From positions 512,001 through 576,000 of the forward strand of contig CAVSHR010000005.1 of assembly GCA_963727625.1 (NCBI GenBank): a DNA stretch of 64,000 bases, written 5' to 3'. This document shows positions 47,381 to 57,444 of this stretch, piece after piece. Source of the stretch: an uncultured delta proteobacterium. GTDB taxonomy: Bacteria; Desulfobacterota; Binatia; UBA9968. The translations under genes and the position numbers were made by a program. Every line of letters starts with the position of its first letter. The stretch's first letter is position 1. The notes under the pieces are model-generated. The model was not told the origin of the DNA, made no database searches, and worked only from the letters and a program-made list of their open reading frames with translations.

Positions 47381-48273
47381 GCGCTCTTTTCTAACCAAAC
47401 TAGGAGGGAATTGCAGCTTTACAATATCCACATACGGTCGAGCCTAAAATTAGGGTTAAAGCCACTTCAGCTAGGCATCAAACCAGGTTTGTAAATAGAC
47501 CGCCAAGGCAGCGATCCAGTGAGAAGCCCAGGTAATAGTTAGCATCGATTTGCCATCTGCATCGAAGCACCAAAGACCGAACAAGGAGAGATACCGCCGC
47601 GATGGCCAGAGCAACCCCAATAAAGTCCTACGACTTGAAGAGGTGCCCCGTTCGCTACGTTAAAGCGAGATATGTCGCCTCTGGCGCTACCAAGTTGAAC
47701 CACCTGGGTGAGAATGCAATCCTGGGCTCGCATAACGCCGCCGCTGGCTACTTTTACATTCGACTTGAGTGAATGGGCTCGGGGATAGGAAGTAAACCGC
47801 GATTTAGCGATCCAGGGCGCAAATACAGGTCACCCATTAGCCGGGCTTCCTCAGACCCATTTCCCGTTGCCGCTCTTGGGCTTCTCTAATCCTACACGTC
47901 AAATCAGGCCGGCTTGCCTACCCCAAAATTACACCCCGCGCGGCAGCCCAACGCCTCCAAAGTCACGTCCCCGATTCCATCGCCACACTGCGCTATATCC
48001 TGGCCCGTGCAGTCGCCAGACGACTTAATCGATGCCCATGCTGCAACGTGGTCAATCGACATTATTGAAACAGTAGTACTAAGGTGCTTGCATAATTGCC
48101 GCTTCGTTCCCCAAAATTACCTAGGTTGAACTCAATTTGTCGGAGCAGGATCATTCATCGTTGGAATTCGGACAGCGGGTTCGGAACAGCGTCCGAAACC
48201 AACCACGCCAAACCGACCAGGCAAACCAATCAGTTGTGATCGCGCCGGTGTTTAATTAAACTCCCGGTTAATT

Positions 48274-49035
48274 ATGCTGGCCAAGCGAATCATTCCATGC
48301 CTCGACGTTAACGCCGGACGGGTAGTTAAGGGCGTTAAGTTTCTCGACCTGCGCGACGCCGGCGACCCGGTCGAAGCCGCGCGCGCCTACGACCGCGAAG
48401 GCGCCGACGAACTCTGCTTTCTCGACATCACTGCGTCCCACGAAAATCGCGGCATCATTCTCGACGTCGTGGCACATACCGCCGAGCAGGTTTTCATGCC
48501 GCTCACCGTTGGCGGCGGCATTAATACGACGGAGAATATCCGCGCCCTGCTTCGAGCCGGCGCCGATAAAGTCTCGATCAACACAGGCGCGGTCAATCGC
48601 CCGGAGTTCGTTCGTGAAGCGGCAGAAATGTTCGGCAGCCAGTGCATCGTCGTGGCGATCGACGCCAAGCGCGTCGGCGATCATTGGGAAGTCTTCACCC
48701 ACGGCGGTCGCAACCCGACAGGAATCGAAGCCTGCGGCTGGGCCGAACGGATGGAACGATTCGGCGCCGGCGAAATTCTCCTGACCAGCATGGACCGGGA
48801 CGGCACCAAAGCGGGTTACGATTTATCACTGACCCGAGCGATTTCCGACCGCGTTGGCATCCCCGTCATAGCTTCCGGCGGCGTAGGCAATCTCGAACAT
48901 ATTTACGAAGGGCTAACCGAAGGCGGGGCGAGCGCAGCTCTGGCGGCGTCGATCTTTCACTTCCGGGAGTACACCATTGGCGAGTGCAAAAAATACCTCG
49001 AAAGTCGCGGCGTCACGGTACGCCCGCTGCGCTGA
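48274..49035 (+). CDS. hisF: Imidazole glycerol phosphate synthase subunit HisF
   Basis: [34 protein letters not shown]. Confidence 0.97.
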   Translation: MLAKRIIPCLDVNAGRVVKGVKFLDLRDAGDPVEAARAYDREGADELCFLDITASHENRGIILDVVAHTAEQVFMPLTVGGGINTTENIRALLRAGADKVSINTGAVNRPEFVREAAEMFGSQCIVVAIDAKRVGDHWEVFTHGGRNPTGIEACGWAERMERFGAGEILLTSMDRDGTKAGYDLSLTRAISDRVGIPVIASGGVGNLEHIYEGLTEGGASAALAASIFHFREYTIGECKKYLESRGVTVRPLR

Positions 49036-49068
49036 TACTCGTCAACTTCTCGCAATTGAAGTTGACGC

Positions 49069-50280
49069 TTAACGACCGTTCGACGACCCAGGCAAGGCAC
49101 GTTTTCGCGCCGGGTCAAAAAACGGCAATTTAACGACCCGGGCGCCAGCACTTTTCCGCTGGTGTTCGACGGTGACTTCAAGCTCGACGCGGGTTTCGAG
49201 CTGGGCAAATTCTCGATCGACAGTGGCGAGCGCAAGGTATTTTTTCAATACCGGCGACCAGGCGCCGGTGGTAGCGTAGCCTACCTGTCGGTCATCTTTG
49301 TTGAGCGGCGTGCTGCCGCGCCATGCGGCGCTTGGAAACTGCGGCGCTAAGCCGACCTGCGTGAATAAATATTCGTAGTCGCTCAGATTGACTTCCAGGC
49401 CGACGATTTGCCGGGATTCGCCATCTTGGTTAGAGCGGCGCAGCGCTTCCGCACCGACGAAGTGATCTTTCTTTAGATCGACAGTCCAGCCCAGCCCTAT
49501 TTCAAAGGGCGAATAGCGCTGCGAAGGGATCAGAGCCCTCTCCGCGCCGATGTAGTCCACTTCCAATAAAATAAAGCCCGCCTCTAAGCGAGCCACGTCG
49601 AGCGCGAGAATCCCGGCAGGCTTTATGCCGAAAACGGCGCCCTTTTCCATTGCCAAATCCCAAACTCGTTCGGCACAATCGGCCGCGAACCAAATCTCAT
49701 AGCCCAAATCGCCGGTGTAACCCGTGCGCGACACGATGACGGGAATGTTTGCGATCCGTCCCGAGCTAAAACGAAAGAATCGAAGCTTAGCCAGCTCCCC
49801 ATCGACAAGCCGTTCGAGAATTTTGAACGCATTGGGCCCCTGCAACGCCAATGCCGCAACCTGCTCGGACACCTCCTCGATCGAAACATCCAGTGCCCGT
49901 GAGTTGAGCTTGAGCCAGCGAAGGCTCGGATCGGCCAAATGGAAACGGAAGTGATTTTCCGCCAGGCGAAAGACCGTACCGTCCTGGATCACCGCGCCGT
50001 CGTCTTCGCACAGACAAGTATACAACGCCTGGCCGACCGCGCATTTCGCCGCATCGCGGGTGATCACGCGATTGACAAGCTTGAGCGCGTCGCAGCCTTT
50101 TATATCGTATTTGTAGAGCGGAGATACGTCGATCAGCCCCGCGCTGTTGCGGATCGCGTGGTATTCGTAGTCGTGCACCACTTCATAGGAACTGGCGACG
50201 AAATACCCCGACCAATTCCGCCAATTTTGGCTCAAGCAGAGCGCTGAGGTCCGTGAGTGAAAAGGTGTTCCGACCGGCAT
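49069..50280 (-). CDS. Aminomethyltransferase (GcvT-like) family protein
   Basis: GLIDVSPLYKY, LQGP, SRTGYTGDLGYEIW, RLEAG, PFFDP. Confidence 0.9.
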   Translation of the reverse strand: MPVGTPFHSRTSALCLSQNWRNWSGYFVASSYEVVHDYEYHAIRNSAGLIDVSPLYKYDIKGCDALKLVNRVITRDAAKCAVGQALYTCLCEDDGAVIQDGTVFRLAENHFRFHLADPSLRWLKLNSRALDVSIEEVSEQVAALALQGPNAFKILERLVDGELAKLRFFRFSSGRIANIPVIVSRTGYTGDLGYEIWFAADCAERVWDLAMEKGAVFGIKPAGILALDVARLEAGFILLEVDYIGAERALIPSQRYSPFEIGLGWTVDLKKDHFVGAEALRRSNQDGESRQIVGLEVNLSDYEYLFTQVGLAPQFPSAAWRGSTPLNKDDRQVGYATTGAWSPVLKKYLALATVDREFAQLETRVELEVTVEHQRKSAGARVVKLPFFDPARKRALPGSSNGR

Positions 50281-50390
50281 CTGTACCTTGGGATACTTAG
50301 GTTTAATTTTTGGATTCGATGAAATACCCGCTGCCGCGTTGACTTCGCAGAGGAAATTACCAAATATGCGCACTTAAGCAAATTGCAGCC

Positions 50391-51980
50391 ATGGCAAACT
50401 ACGATGCGATCATCATCGGCGGCGGCCACAACGGCCTCACCAGCGCTGCCTATTTGGCCAAAGCCGGGAAAAAAGTCTTGGTGCTGGAGCGCCGCCATGT
50501 GCTCGGCGGCGCGGCGGTAACGGAAGAGATTTACCCCGGGTTTAAATACTCCGTCTGTTCCTACGTCGTCAGTCTGCTCCGCCCCGAGGTGATTCGCGAG
50601 CTGGAGCTGCCCAATTACGACCTCGAGATTATTCCCCTCGACAGCACGCTCACACCGCTGCCCAACGGCGATTACCTCTACCGCTGCGGCGACCACGCCC
50701 AGACCCGCCGCGAGATCGCCCGCCATTCGGTGACCGACGCCGAGGCCTATGAGCAATACGGCCAGCGCATGGCGCAGATGGCGATGGCGGTAAAGCCGCT
50801 GCTCGGCATGATCCCACCGGAACCAACGAGTTGGAATCCAAAAGATCTTTTCGGACTGGCCCGTGTCGGCAGCCATTTTCACAGCCTCGGGGAAAAGCTT
50901 TTTTACGATCTGACCAAGCTCATGACCGCAAGCTCGGCGGACTTTCTCGACGAGTGGTTCGAAACCGAGGCGCTCAAAGCCACCATGTCGGCGAGCGGTA
51001 TTATCGGCACGTTCATGGGCCCGCGCTCGCCTGGGACTGCCTATGTCCTGCTGCATCACTACATGGGCGAGCTCGACGGCGCCTTTCGCTCCTGGGGCTT
51101 TGCTCGCGGCGGCATGGGCTCGATCAGCCGGGTAATCGCCGACGCGGCGCGCCACCACGGTGCCGAGATTAAAACCCGCGCGGCGGTGGATCGGATATTG
51201 GTAAAGAACGGCCGCGCCTACGGCGTGGCACTCGCATCCGGCGAAGAACTCAATGCCAAAGTGATCGTTTCCGGCGTCGATCCAAAGAGGACATTTTTGA
51301 AAATGGTCGACGCCGGCCAGCTCGACCCCGACTTTCAAAGTCAGGTGAGTAATTTCAAAATTCGCGGCTCCTCGGCCAAGGTGAATCTTGCGCTCGATGG
51401 GCTACCCAGCTTCACCAGCATGCCCGGCATTGGCCCGCACCTCGCCGGCGCGATCTCGATCAGCCCAAGCCTCGACTATATCGAGCGCGCCTACGACGAC
51501 GCCAAATACGGCGATTTCTCGCGCCATCCCTACATGGACATTATTTTGCCGTCGATGCTCGACCCATCCATGGCGCCGCCGGGGAAGCATGTCATGTCCA
51601 TCTTCGTGCAATACGCGCCCTACCACTTGAGCAGTGGCAGCTGGCCGGAAAAACGCGAAGCTCTCGGGGATGCGGTCATCAACACTTTGAGCGAATACGC
51701 GCCCAATTTAAAAAACATTATGCTCCACCGCCAGGTAGTCACGCCTTGGGATCTTGAACAGGAGTTCGGCCTGACCGAGGGAAATATTTTTCAAGGCGAG
51801 CTCACGCTTGACCAATTATTCTTTCTTCGTCCCATTCCCGGTTGGGCGAAATATCGCACACCGATCAAAAACCTATACATGTGCGGCGCCTGCACCCACC
51901 CCGGCGGCGGCGTGATGGCCGCTTCGGGGCGGTTGGCAGCTTTAGAAATATTAAAAGACTTAAGCAGGAGCCCGTTCTAA
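50391..51980 (+). CDS. FAD-dependent oxidoreductase, phytoene-dehydrogenase-like (COG1233), copy 1
   Basis: GGGHNGL, ERRHVLGG, GNIFQG, THPGGGV. Confidence 0.9.
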   Translation: MANYDAIIIGGGHNGLTSAAYLAKAGKKVLVLERRHVLGGAAVTEEIYPGFKYSVCSYVVSLLRPEVIRELELPNYDLEIIPLDSTLTPLPNGDYLYRCGDHAQTRREIARHSVTDAEAYEQYGQRMAQMAMAVKPLLGMIPPEPTSWNPKDLFGLARVGSHFHSLGEKLFYDLTKLMTASSADFLDEWFETEALKATMSASGIIGTFMGPRSPGTAYVLLHHYMGELDGAFRSWGFARGGMGSISRVIADAARHHGAEIKTRAAVDRILVKNGRAYGVALASGEELNAKVIVSGVDPKRTFLKMVDAGQLDPDFQSQVSNFKIRGSSAKVNLALDGLPSFTSMPGIGPHLAGAISISPSLDYIERAYDDAKYGDFSRHPYMDIILPSMLDPSMAPPGKHVMSIFVQYAPYHLSSGSWPEKREALGDAVINTLSEYAPNLKNIMLHRQVVTPWDLEQEFGLTEGNIFQGELTLDQLFFLRPIPGWAKYRTPIKNLYMCGACTHPGGGVMAASGRLAALEILKDLSRSPF

Positions 51981-51986
51981 CCCGCC

Positions 51987-53582
51987 ATGCCAACCTACGA
52001 CGCCATCGTCATCGGCGCCGGCCACAATGGCCTTGTCGCCGCCGCCTATCTCGCGAAAGCGGGACAAAAAGTCTTGGTGGTCGAGGGGCGAAACATCCTC
52101 GGCGGCATCGCCGCGACCGAAGAAACTTTTCCGGGATTTAAGTATTCCACCTGCGCGCATCTTGCCAGTTCGTTCTCCAGCGAAGTGATCGCCGATCTCG
52201 ATTTGAAAAAGCATGGACTGGAAGTGCTTCAGCTCGACCCGCTTCTATTTGCACCTAGCCCCGACGGCAATTCTCTGGTTATAGGGAGCGACCCCGCCAA
52301 GGCCGTCGAGGGAATTAGTCGACATTCAAAAGACGACGCAAACAGGTACCCACCATTCTTCGCCCGGCTAAAAATTTTGTCGGCATTTCTACGAACGCTC
52401 TACGGCTTGTCAATGCCGGACAAAGCTAACCCTGGGAACTTTAATTCCATGGAGCTGCTCAAAGCCGGACTCAAGTTTCACGGTTTGGGCGACAAAGAAG
52501 GTTACGAGTTTCTCCGCATCTTGCCGATGAGCGTAGCCGACTTGCTGAACGAATGGTTCGAGAGCGATTTACTAAAGGCCAGTCTTGCTGCAAGCGGCAT
52601 CCTCGGCTCCTTCGTAGGACCGCACCAACAAGGAACCGCTTTCAATCTCGTGCACCACCAAATGGGTGGATCCAACGGCGCCCTGCGCACGACCGGCTTG
52701 GTCCGCGGCGGCATCGGCAAGCTGGCCGACGCTCTCGCTGGCGCAGCGCGCCGGCATGGCGCCGAGATCCGGACCGGCAATGCCGTGGCAAGAATCGTCA
52801 CGAAAAGCGGCGCCGCGACCGGCATCGCCTTGGCAAGCGGCGACGAAATCGATGCCTCAACGGTGATTTCCAGCGCCGATGTCAAGCAAACTTTCCTGCA
52901 GCTCGTCGAGCCGACTTATCTGGATCCGCACTTTTTGCTGCGAGTCAAAAACATTCGCGCCCGCGGCACCGTTGCCAAAGTAAATTTAGCCTTGGACGCA
53001 TTGCCGAAGTTCAAAGGCCCGAGCGACCGCGGGTCAGAGTCCGCGCTCGGCGGCATTATTCACATCGGCCCGACCCTCGATTATCTCGAACGGGCCGCCG
53101 ACGCCGCCAAATACGGCCGTTTCTCGGAGAATCCCTTTCTCGAGATCGTCATTCCGACAGTCGCCGACTCTTCGCTGGCGCCGGCGGGTAAACATGTCAT
53201 GTCGGTATGGACACAATTTGCGCCCTACGACTTGCGAGGATCGAATTGGAACAACCAGCGCGACACCTTGGGCGATACCGTAGTGGATTTGATCGAAGAG
53301 TATGCGCCCGGTTTTAAAGATTCCATTTTGCACCGCCAGGTTTTGACACCGCTCGATCTAGAACAAGACTTCGGCCTCACCGGTGGTCACCCCTACCACG
53401 CGGAGTTGGGTCTGGACCAGATTTTTTTCATGCGGCCGGTGCCCGGCTGGGCACGCTATCACACACCGATCAAAAATTTCTTTCTCTGTGGCTCTGGCAC
53501 ACACCCCGGCGGCGGCATCACCGGCCTTCCGGGCTACTACGCGGCCAAAGAAATGATCAAAAGCCGGCGGCGCGGCAAGTAG
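51987..53582 (+). CDS. FAD-dependent oxidoreductase, phytoene-dehydrogenase-like (COG1233), copy 2
   Basis: GAGHNGL, THPGGGI; colinear paralog of the preceding gene. Confidence 0.9.
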   Translation: MPTYDAIVIGAGHNGLVAAAYLAKAGQKVLVVEGRNILGGIAATEETFPGFKYSTCAHLASSFSSEVIADLDLKKHGLEVLQLDPLLFAPSPDGNSLVIGSDPAKAVEGISRHSKDDANRYPPFFARLKILSAFLRTLYGLSMPDKANPGNFNSMELLKAGLKFHGLGDKEGYEFLRILPMSVADLLNEWFESDLLKASLAASGILGSFVGPHQQGTAFNLVHHQMGGSNGALRTTGLVRGGIGKLADALAGAARRHGAEIRTGNAVARIVTKSGAATGIALASGDEIDASTVISSADVKQTFLQLVEPTYLDPHFLLRVKNIRARGTVAKVNLALDALPKFKGPSDRGSESALGGIIHIGPTLDYLERAADAAKYGRFSENPFLEIVIPTVADSSLAPAGKHVMSVWTQFAPYDLRGSNWNNQRDTLGDTVVDLIEEYAPGFKDSILHRQVLTPLDLEQDFGLTGGHPYHAELGLDQIFFMRPVPGWARYHTPIKNFFLCGSGTHPGGGITGLPGYYAAKEMIKSRRRGK

Positions 53583-53648
53583 CGTCAGCCTAGGAATTTT
53601 TCTTCGTCCGTGGTAAACGGAAAATAGTTTTACTCGTTCAGGCAATGA

Positions 53649-54632
53649 ATGAAAATTTATCTTGGATTATTGGAAAGCTCACCACCGAGGAGGACGCGAA
53701 TTTTCGGCGAGGTCCAAGGCAAACTGGTCGATCTCCAGCTCGCCTACGCCGGCTATCTGGCCCAAACCAGGGCGAACTGCGCCAACGCCTACGAGCTTGC
53801 CGCATATTATTTGCCGCAATCGATCGCGGCCTTTCTCGAACGCGGCGAGGTAGGGAGCAAGGCATTGGACGAGACGGCATCCTTCGCGCACAAAAGCGGT
53901 GCGCGGGAGCTTCGCGGTCCGAGTGAAGAAAAAGTCACCTACGCTCTGGATGAAATTCGCCTGCTCCCGCCGCTGCAAAATCCCGAGCGCAGCCTTGTCA
54001 TTGGATTTTCCGACCGGGCCCGCACCGAGGCCTTGCCCAAGGCCGAAATCCCCACGGGTTTTTACAAGCTGCCGCAAACATTCGTCGCCGGTGGCGTGCC
54101 GATCGTCTGGCCGAAGTTCTCCGAACAGCTCGACGCCGACGCCTGCCTCGCTTTAGTCATCGGCAAGGCGGGCAGGAGGATCGAACCCGCTAACGCTTGG
54201 GATCACATCGGCGGCGTCACGCTGCTGATCGACGTGACCGCCCGCGACATCAACAAGCGCGAAGGCCTGACGACCAACAATCTGCTCGGCAAAAATTTTC
54301 CCGGGAGCACCTCTCTCGGTCCGGCCCTATTGCTCAAGCCTGATCGCAAGGCGCTCAAAGGCCTGGAAGTCGAACTCAGCATCGACGACGAGGTAAAGCA
54401 AAAACTCCACCCCGCCGATAGCGTCTTCACCGTCGAGCAGATCGTCGCCCGCTGGTCGATCCTCGGTCTTAAGCCCGGCGACTTCCTCGCCATTGGCGCC
54501 AGCATGGCGATCCATGGCGATCGCCTGCAAAGTCCTGCGCCGTTGAAGGTCGGCTCCGCCATCCGTTGCGTCTCGCCCGCCATCGGAGAATTAGCGCACC
54601 GAGTGGTTGCCGCGGGAGGTCGAAGCCGATGA
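53649..54632 (+). CDS. Fumarylacetoacetate-hydrolase-fold protein lacking catalytic motifs
   Basis: LALVIGK, DVTARD, GKNFPG retained; LDADAC replaces LDYEVE. Confidence 0.8.
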   Translation: MKIYLGLLESSPPRRTRIFGEVQGKLVDLQLAYAGYLAQTRANCANAYELAAYYLPQSIAAFLERGEVGSKALDETASFAHKSGARELRGPSEEKVTYALDEIRLLPPLQNPERSLVIGFSDRARTEALPKAEIPTGFYKLPQTFVAGGVPIVWPKFSEQLDADACLALVIGKAGRRIEPANAWDHIGGVTLLIDVTARDINKREGLTTNNLLGKNFPGSTSLGPALLLKPDRKALKGLEVELSIDDEVKQKLHPADSVFTVEQIVARWSILGLKPGDFLAIGASMAIHGDRLQSPAPLKVGSAIRCVSPAIGELAHRVVAAGGRSR

Positions 54633-55585
54633 AACTCGTGACGTTTAAATATCGCGATGAAGAGAAAATCGGCGCCGTTGCGACAAACGGCCACATCGTC
54701 GATTTGCTCGGCGCCTACGCGCGATTTTTGCGAGAATCCGAAGGACATCCTCACGCCGATCAACTCGCCACCGCAATTCTCGGCCGCGACATGCTGGAAT
54801 TTTTGCGCCGCGGCCCTGGGGCCCAGGACGGCGCCCGCAAGGCTTTGGCTTATTTGAGCGAAAACACCGGCGACGGGAGCCGAGAAATGATATTCGAACG
54901 CGATCAGGTTCACCTGATGGCTCCGGTACCCCGGCCGGGCGCGTTGATTTCCGCCGGCAAAAATTTTTCCGACCATGTCGCGGAAATGGCATCCAAGAAA
55001 GGGCCGGAGGCGCCGGTGGCCTTTCTCAAAGTCCCGGGCTCGGTCATCGGCCCGGAAGATGACATCCCCCATCCGCCGGAAGTGAAAAACTTGGACTACG
55101 AAGTCGAGCTGGCCATCATCATCGGAAAACTTTGCATCGACGTGAGCGCGGATGAGGCGTTGGATTACGTCGCCGGCTACTCGGCATTCAACGACATCAG
55201 CGCCCGGGATATCATCCGCGGCGAAAACAAGACTGGAATTCACTTGATGGGCAAGAGTTTTCCCGGTTTCGCACCCATGGGTCCCTATCTCGTTACCGCG
55301 GACGAAATTCCCGAGCCGCAAAACTTGAAACTAAGATTGTCGGTCAACGGCGAAGTGCGCCAGGATTCCAATCTGAGCTACATGATTTTTAAAATCCGCG
55401 AGATGATCGCCTACTGGTCGCAGATGGGGCTAAATCCCGGCGATGTGTTGACCACCGGGACACCGCGCGGCGTCGCGGCGGGAAGAAAATCCGACCAGCC
55501 ACCCTGGTGGCTCAAACCCGGCGAGGTGGTCGAAGCCGAGGTCGAGAAAATCGGCCGGCTCAGAAATCGTATCGTTGCGGAATAA
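54629..55585 (+). CDS. Fumarylacetoacetate hydrolase family protein
   Basis: NFSDHVAE, LDYEVEL, NDISARD, GKSF, PGDVLTTGTP. Confidence 0.92.
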   Translation: MKLVTFKYRDEEKIGAVATNGHIVDLLGAYARFLRESEGHPHADQLATAILGRDMLEFLRRGPGAQDGARKALAYLSENTGDGSREMIFERDQVHLMAPVPRPGALISAGKNFSDHVAEMASKKGPEAPVAFLKVPGSVIGPEDDIPHPPEVKNLDYEVELAIIIGKLCIDVSADEALDYVAGYSAFNDISARDIIRGENKTGIHLMGKSFPGFAPMGPYLVTADEIPEPQNLKLRLSVNGEVRQDSNLSYMIFKIREMIAYWSQMGLNPGDVLTTGTPRGVAAGRKSDQPPWWLKPGEVVEAEVEKIGRLRNRIVAE

Positions 55586-55619
55586 TCGCCGTTGGGACTG
55601 ATCGACAAGGAGCCGTTTC

Positions 55620-56489
55620 ATGTCGTCCGTGCATTCAGTCATCAAACCGACGGGTCTCGTCTACGGCCATAGCGAGTGCCGATATCTCGACGAGACCCTG
55701 CCGGTCTTGACGCAGGTTTTAGCTTTGGAGCTGATTGAGAGAAAAAACGACCAAGCCGTATTGAAGCATCCAAACACCGGCTGGAAGCTCATCCTTCACG
55801 AAGGGGGTGCCGAGGTCAAAGACAAGCCCGAGCGCAATCACTACGGCGTGCGAGTGTCGAAGAATCGCGAAGTCGACAACGCCTATCAGTACCTGCTCGC
55901 CAACAAGGAAAAACTCGGGCTTAAAAAAGTCGTCAAGCGCAAAGAGCGCGACGGCTCCTACTCGATGTTTTTCGTCGAGCCCGGTGGCAACTACTGGGAG
56001 ATCGAGTCCTACGAAAACCGCCGCAAGGCCGGCTTGCCTGAACAAGTTGCCTATCCGTGGAAGACCAAGCTTACCGAAGAAAAGCTGCCTGGCTGCGGCT
56101 ACATCCCGCAGGCGATGACCCATGGCACCATGGAGTGCATCGCTCTGGCGGCGTCGGTGAAGTTTTACAAAAAAGCCCTTGGATTAGATGTGATCACCCA
56201 CGTACCGACGGTCAGACCCCACGATATCAAACATCCCTCGACTCCCTGGTACGTCGTAAGCCTCGAGGTGCCGCCGAAAAACAAACATTACTTAACGCCC
56301 CTCCAACGCTATACAGTCTCCGTAGAATCACCGGCGGCGCTCGCTCAAGCCCATCAAGAACTATTCAAGCGCCGCGAGGAATTCCGGATCACAGCCATTG
56401 ACGATATCCAGACCACGCCCGAGATGGAGTCGTTTCTACTGAGCGATCTGGATCGTAATTGGTGGGAGATCGCCTACCTGAAGAACTGA
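55620..56489 (+). CDS. VOC/glyoxalase family protein, copy 1
   Basis: RNHYGVRV, FFVEPGGNYWEIE, THGTMEC, DLDRNWWEI. Confidence 0.8.
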   Translation: MSSVHSVIKPTGLVYGHSECRYLDETLPVLTQVLALELIERKNDQAVLKHPNTGWKLILHEGGAEVKDKPERNHYGVRVSKNREVDNAYQYLLANKEKLGLKKVVKRKERDGSYSMFFVEPGGNYWEIESYENRRKAGLPEQVAYPWKTKLTEEKLPGCGYIPQAMTHGTMECIALAASVKFYKKALGLDVITHVPTVRPHDIKHPSTPWYVVSLEVPPKNKHYLTPLQRYTVSVESPAALAQAHQELFKRREEFRITAIDDIQTTPEMESFLLSDLDRNWWEIAYLKN

Positions 56490-56499
56490 CCCGGCAATC

Positions 56500-57393
56500 A
56501 TGTTGGAAGCAAATAGATCCGCCGTCGAATCCCTCGGCATCGTCAAAGGCCACTACGAATGCCGTTTCTTTGATGAGACTGTGCCGGTCCTGTCGGAACT
56601 GCTGGCCCTCGAAGTCGTCGAGCGGCGCAACGACGAAGTCATCATGAAACACCCAAACACGGACTGGCTGCTGATCATTCACCAAAGCGGCGCCGACGCG
56701 CCGGACAAGCCTTTTCGCAATCATTATGGCGTGCGCGTCAACGACAACGCCGCGGTCGACCGAGCCTACGCGTATCTACTGACTAAAAAAGACGCGTTGG
56801 GCCTAAAGAAAGTCGTCATGCGGAACGAGCGCTCGGGTTCCTACTCGGTTTTTTTCGTCGAGCCCGGTGGCAATTACTGGGAGATAGAATCCTATCAGCA
56901 CCGCCATCAAGCCGGTTTGCCCTACGAGGTTTCCTATCCCTGGACTGCACCTCTCACTGAGGAAAAATTCCCCGGAAAGGGTTTCATTCCTCAAGCATTT
57001 ACGCACGGAACTGTTGAATGCAACGACTGGGCATCATCGGTGAAGTTTTACACCGAAGGCTTAGGAATGGAGATGATTACCCATGTAACCACGCCCAAAC
57101 CGCACAACATCAAGCATCCCGCAAATCCTTGGTATATAGTGAGCCTGGAAGTGCCCGAGCGAAGCCGCAAATACTTGGGGCCACTCCAGCGCTTCACGAT
57201 CGCGGTCGCTTCACCGATAAAACTTCGCGAAGCCCGCGACGCGCTAATCGCCCGGCGCGACGAATTTTCCGTGACGGAGATCAGCGAAATCAAAGACAAT
57301 CGGGCCGGCCAGTCTTTTCTGCTCTGCGATCTCAACCGCAACTGGTGGGAAATCGCATGCCCCATGATTAAAGACCCCGCTCCCATGCAATGA
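56500..57393 (+). CDS. VOC/glyoxalase family protein, copy 2
   Basis: Same motifs as copy 1 (RNHYGVRV, EPGGNYWEIE, THGTVEC, DLNRNWWEI). Confidence 0.8.
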   Translation: MLEANRSAVESLGIVKGHYECRFFDETVPVLSELLALEVVERRNDEVIMKHPNTDWLLIIHQSGADAPDKPFRNHYGVRVNDNAAVDRAYAYLLTKKDALGLKKVVMRNERSGSYSVFFVEPGGNYWEIESYQHRHQAGLPYEVSYPWTAPLTEEKFPGKGFIPQAFTHGTVECNDWASSVKFYTEGLGMEMITHVTTPKPHNIKHPANPWYIVSLEVPERSRKYLGPLQRFTIAVASPIKLREARDALIARRDEFSVTEISEIKDNRAGQSFLLCDLNRNWWEIACPMIKDPAPMQ

Positions 57394-57444
57394 AGTCCTA
57401 GTCTCACCATTCTCTTTCCGCAAACTTCGCCTGAGGACGAACCG

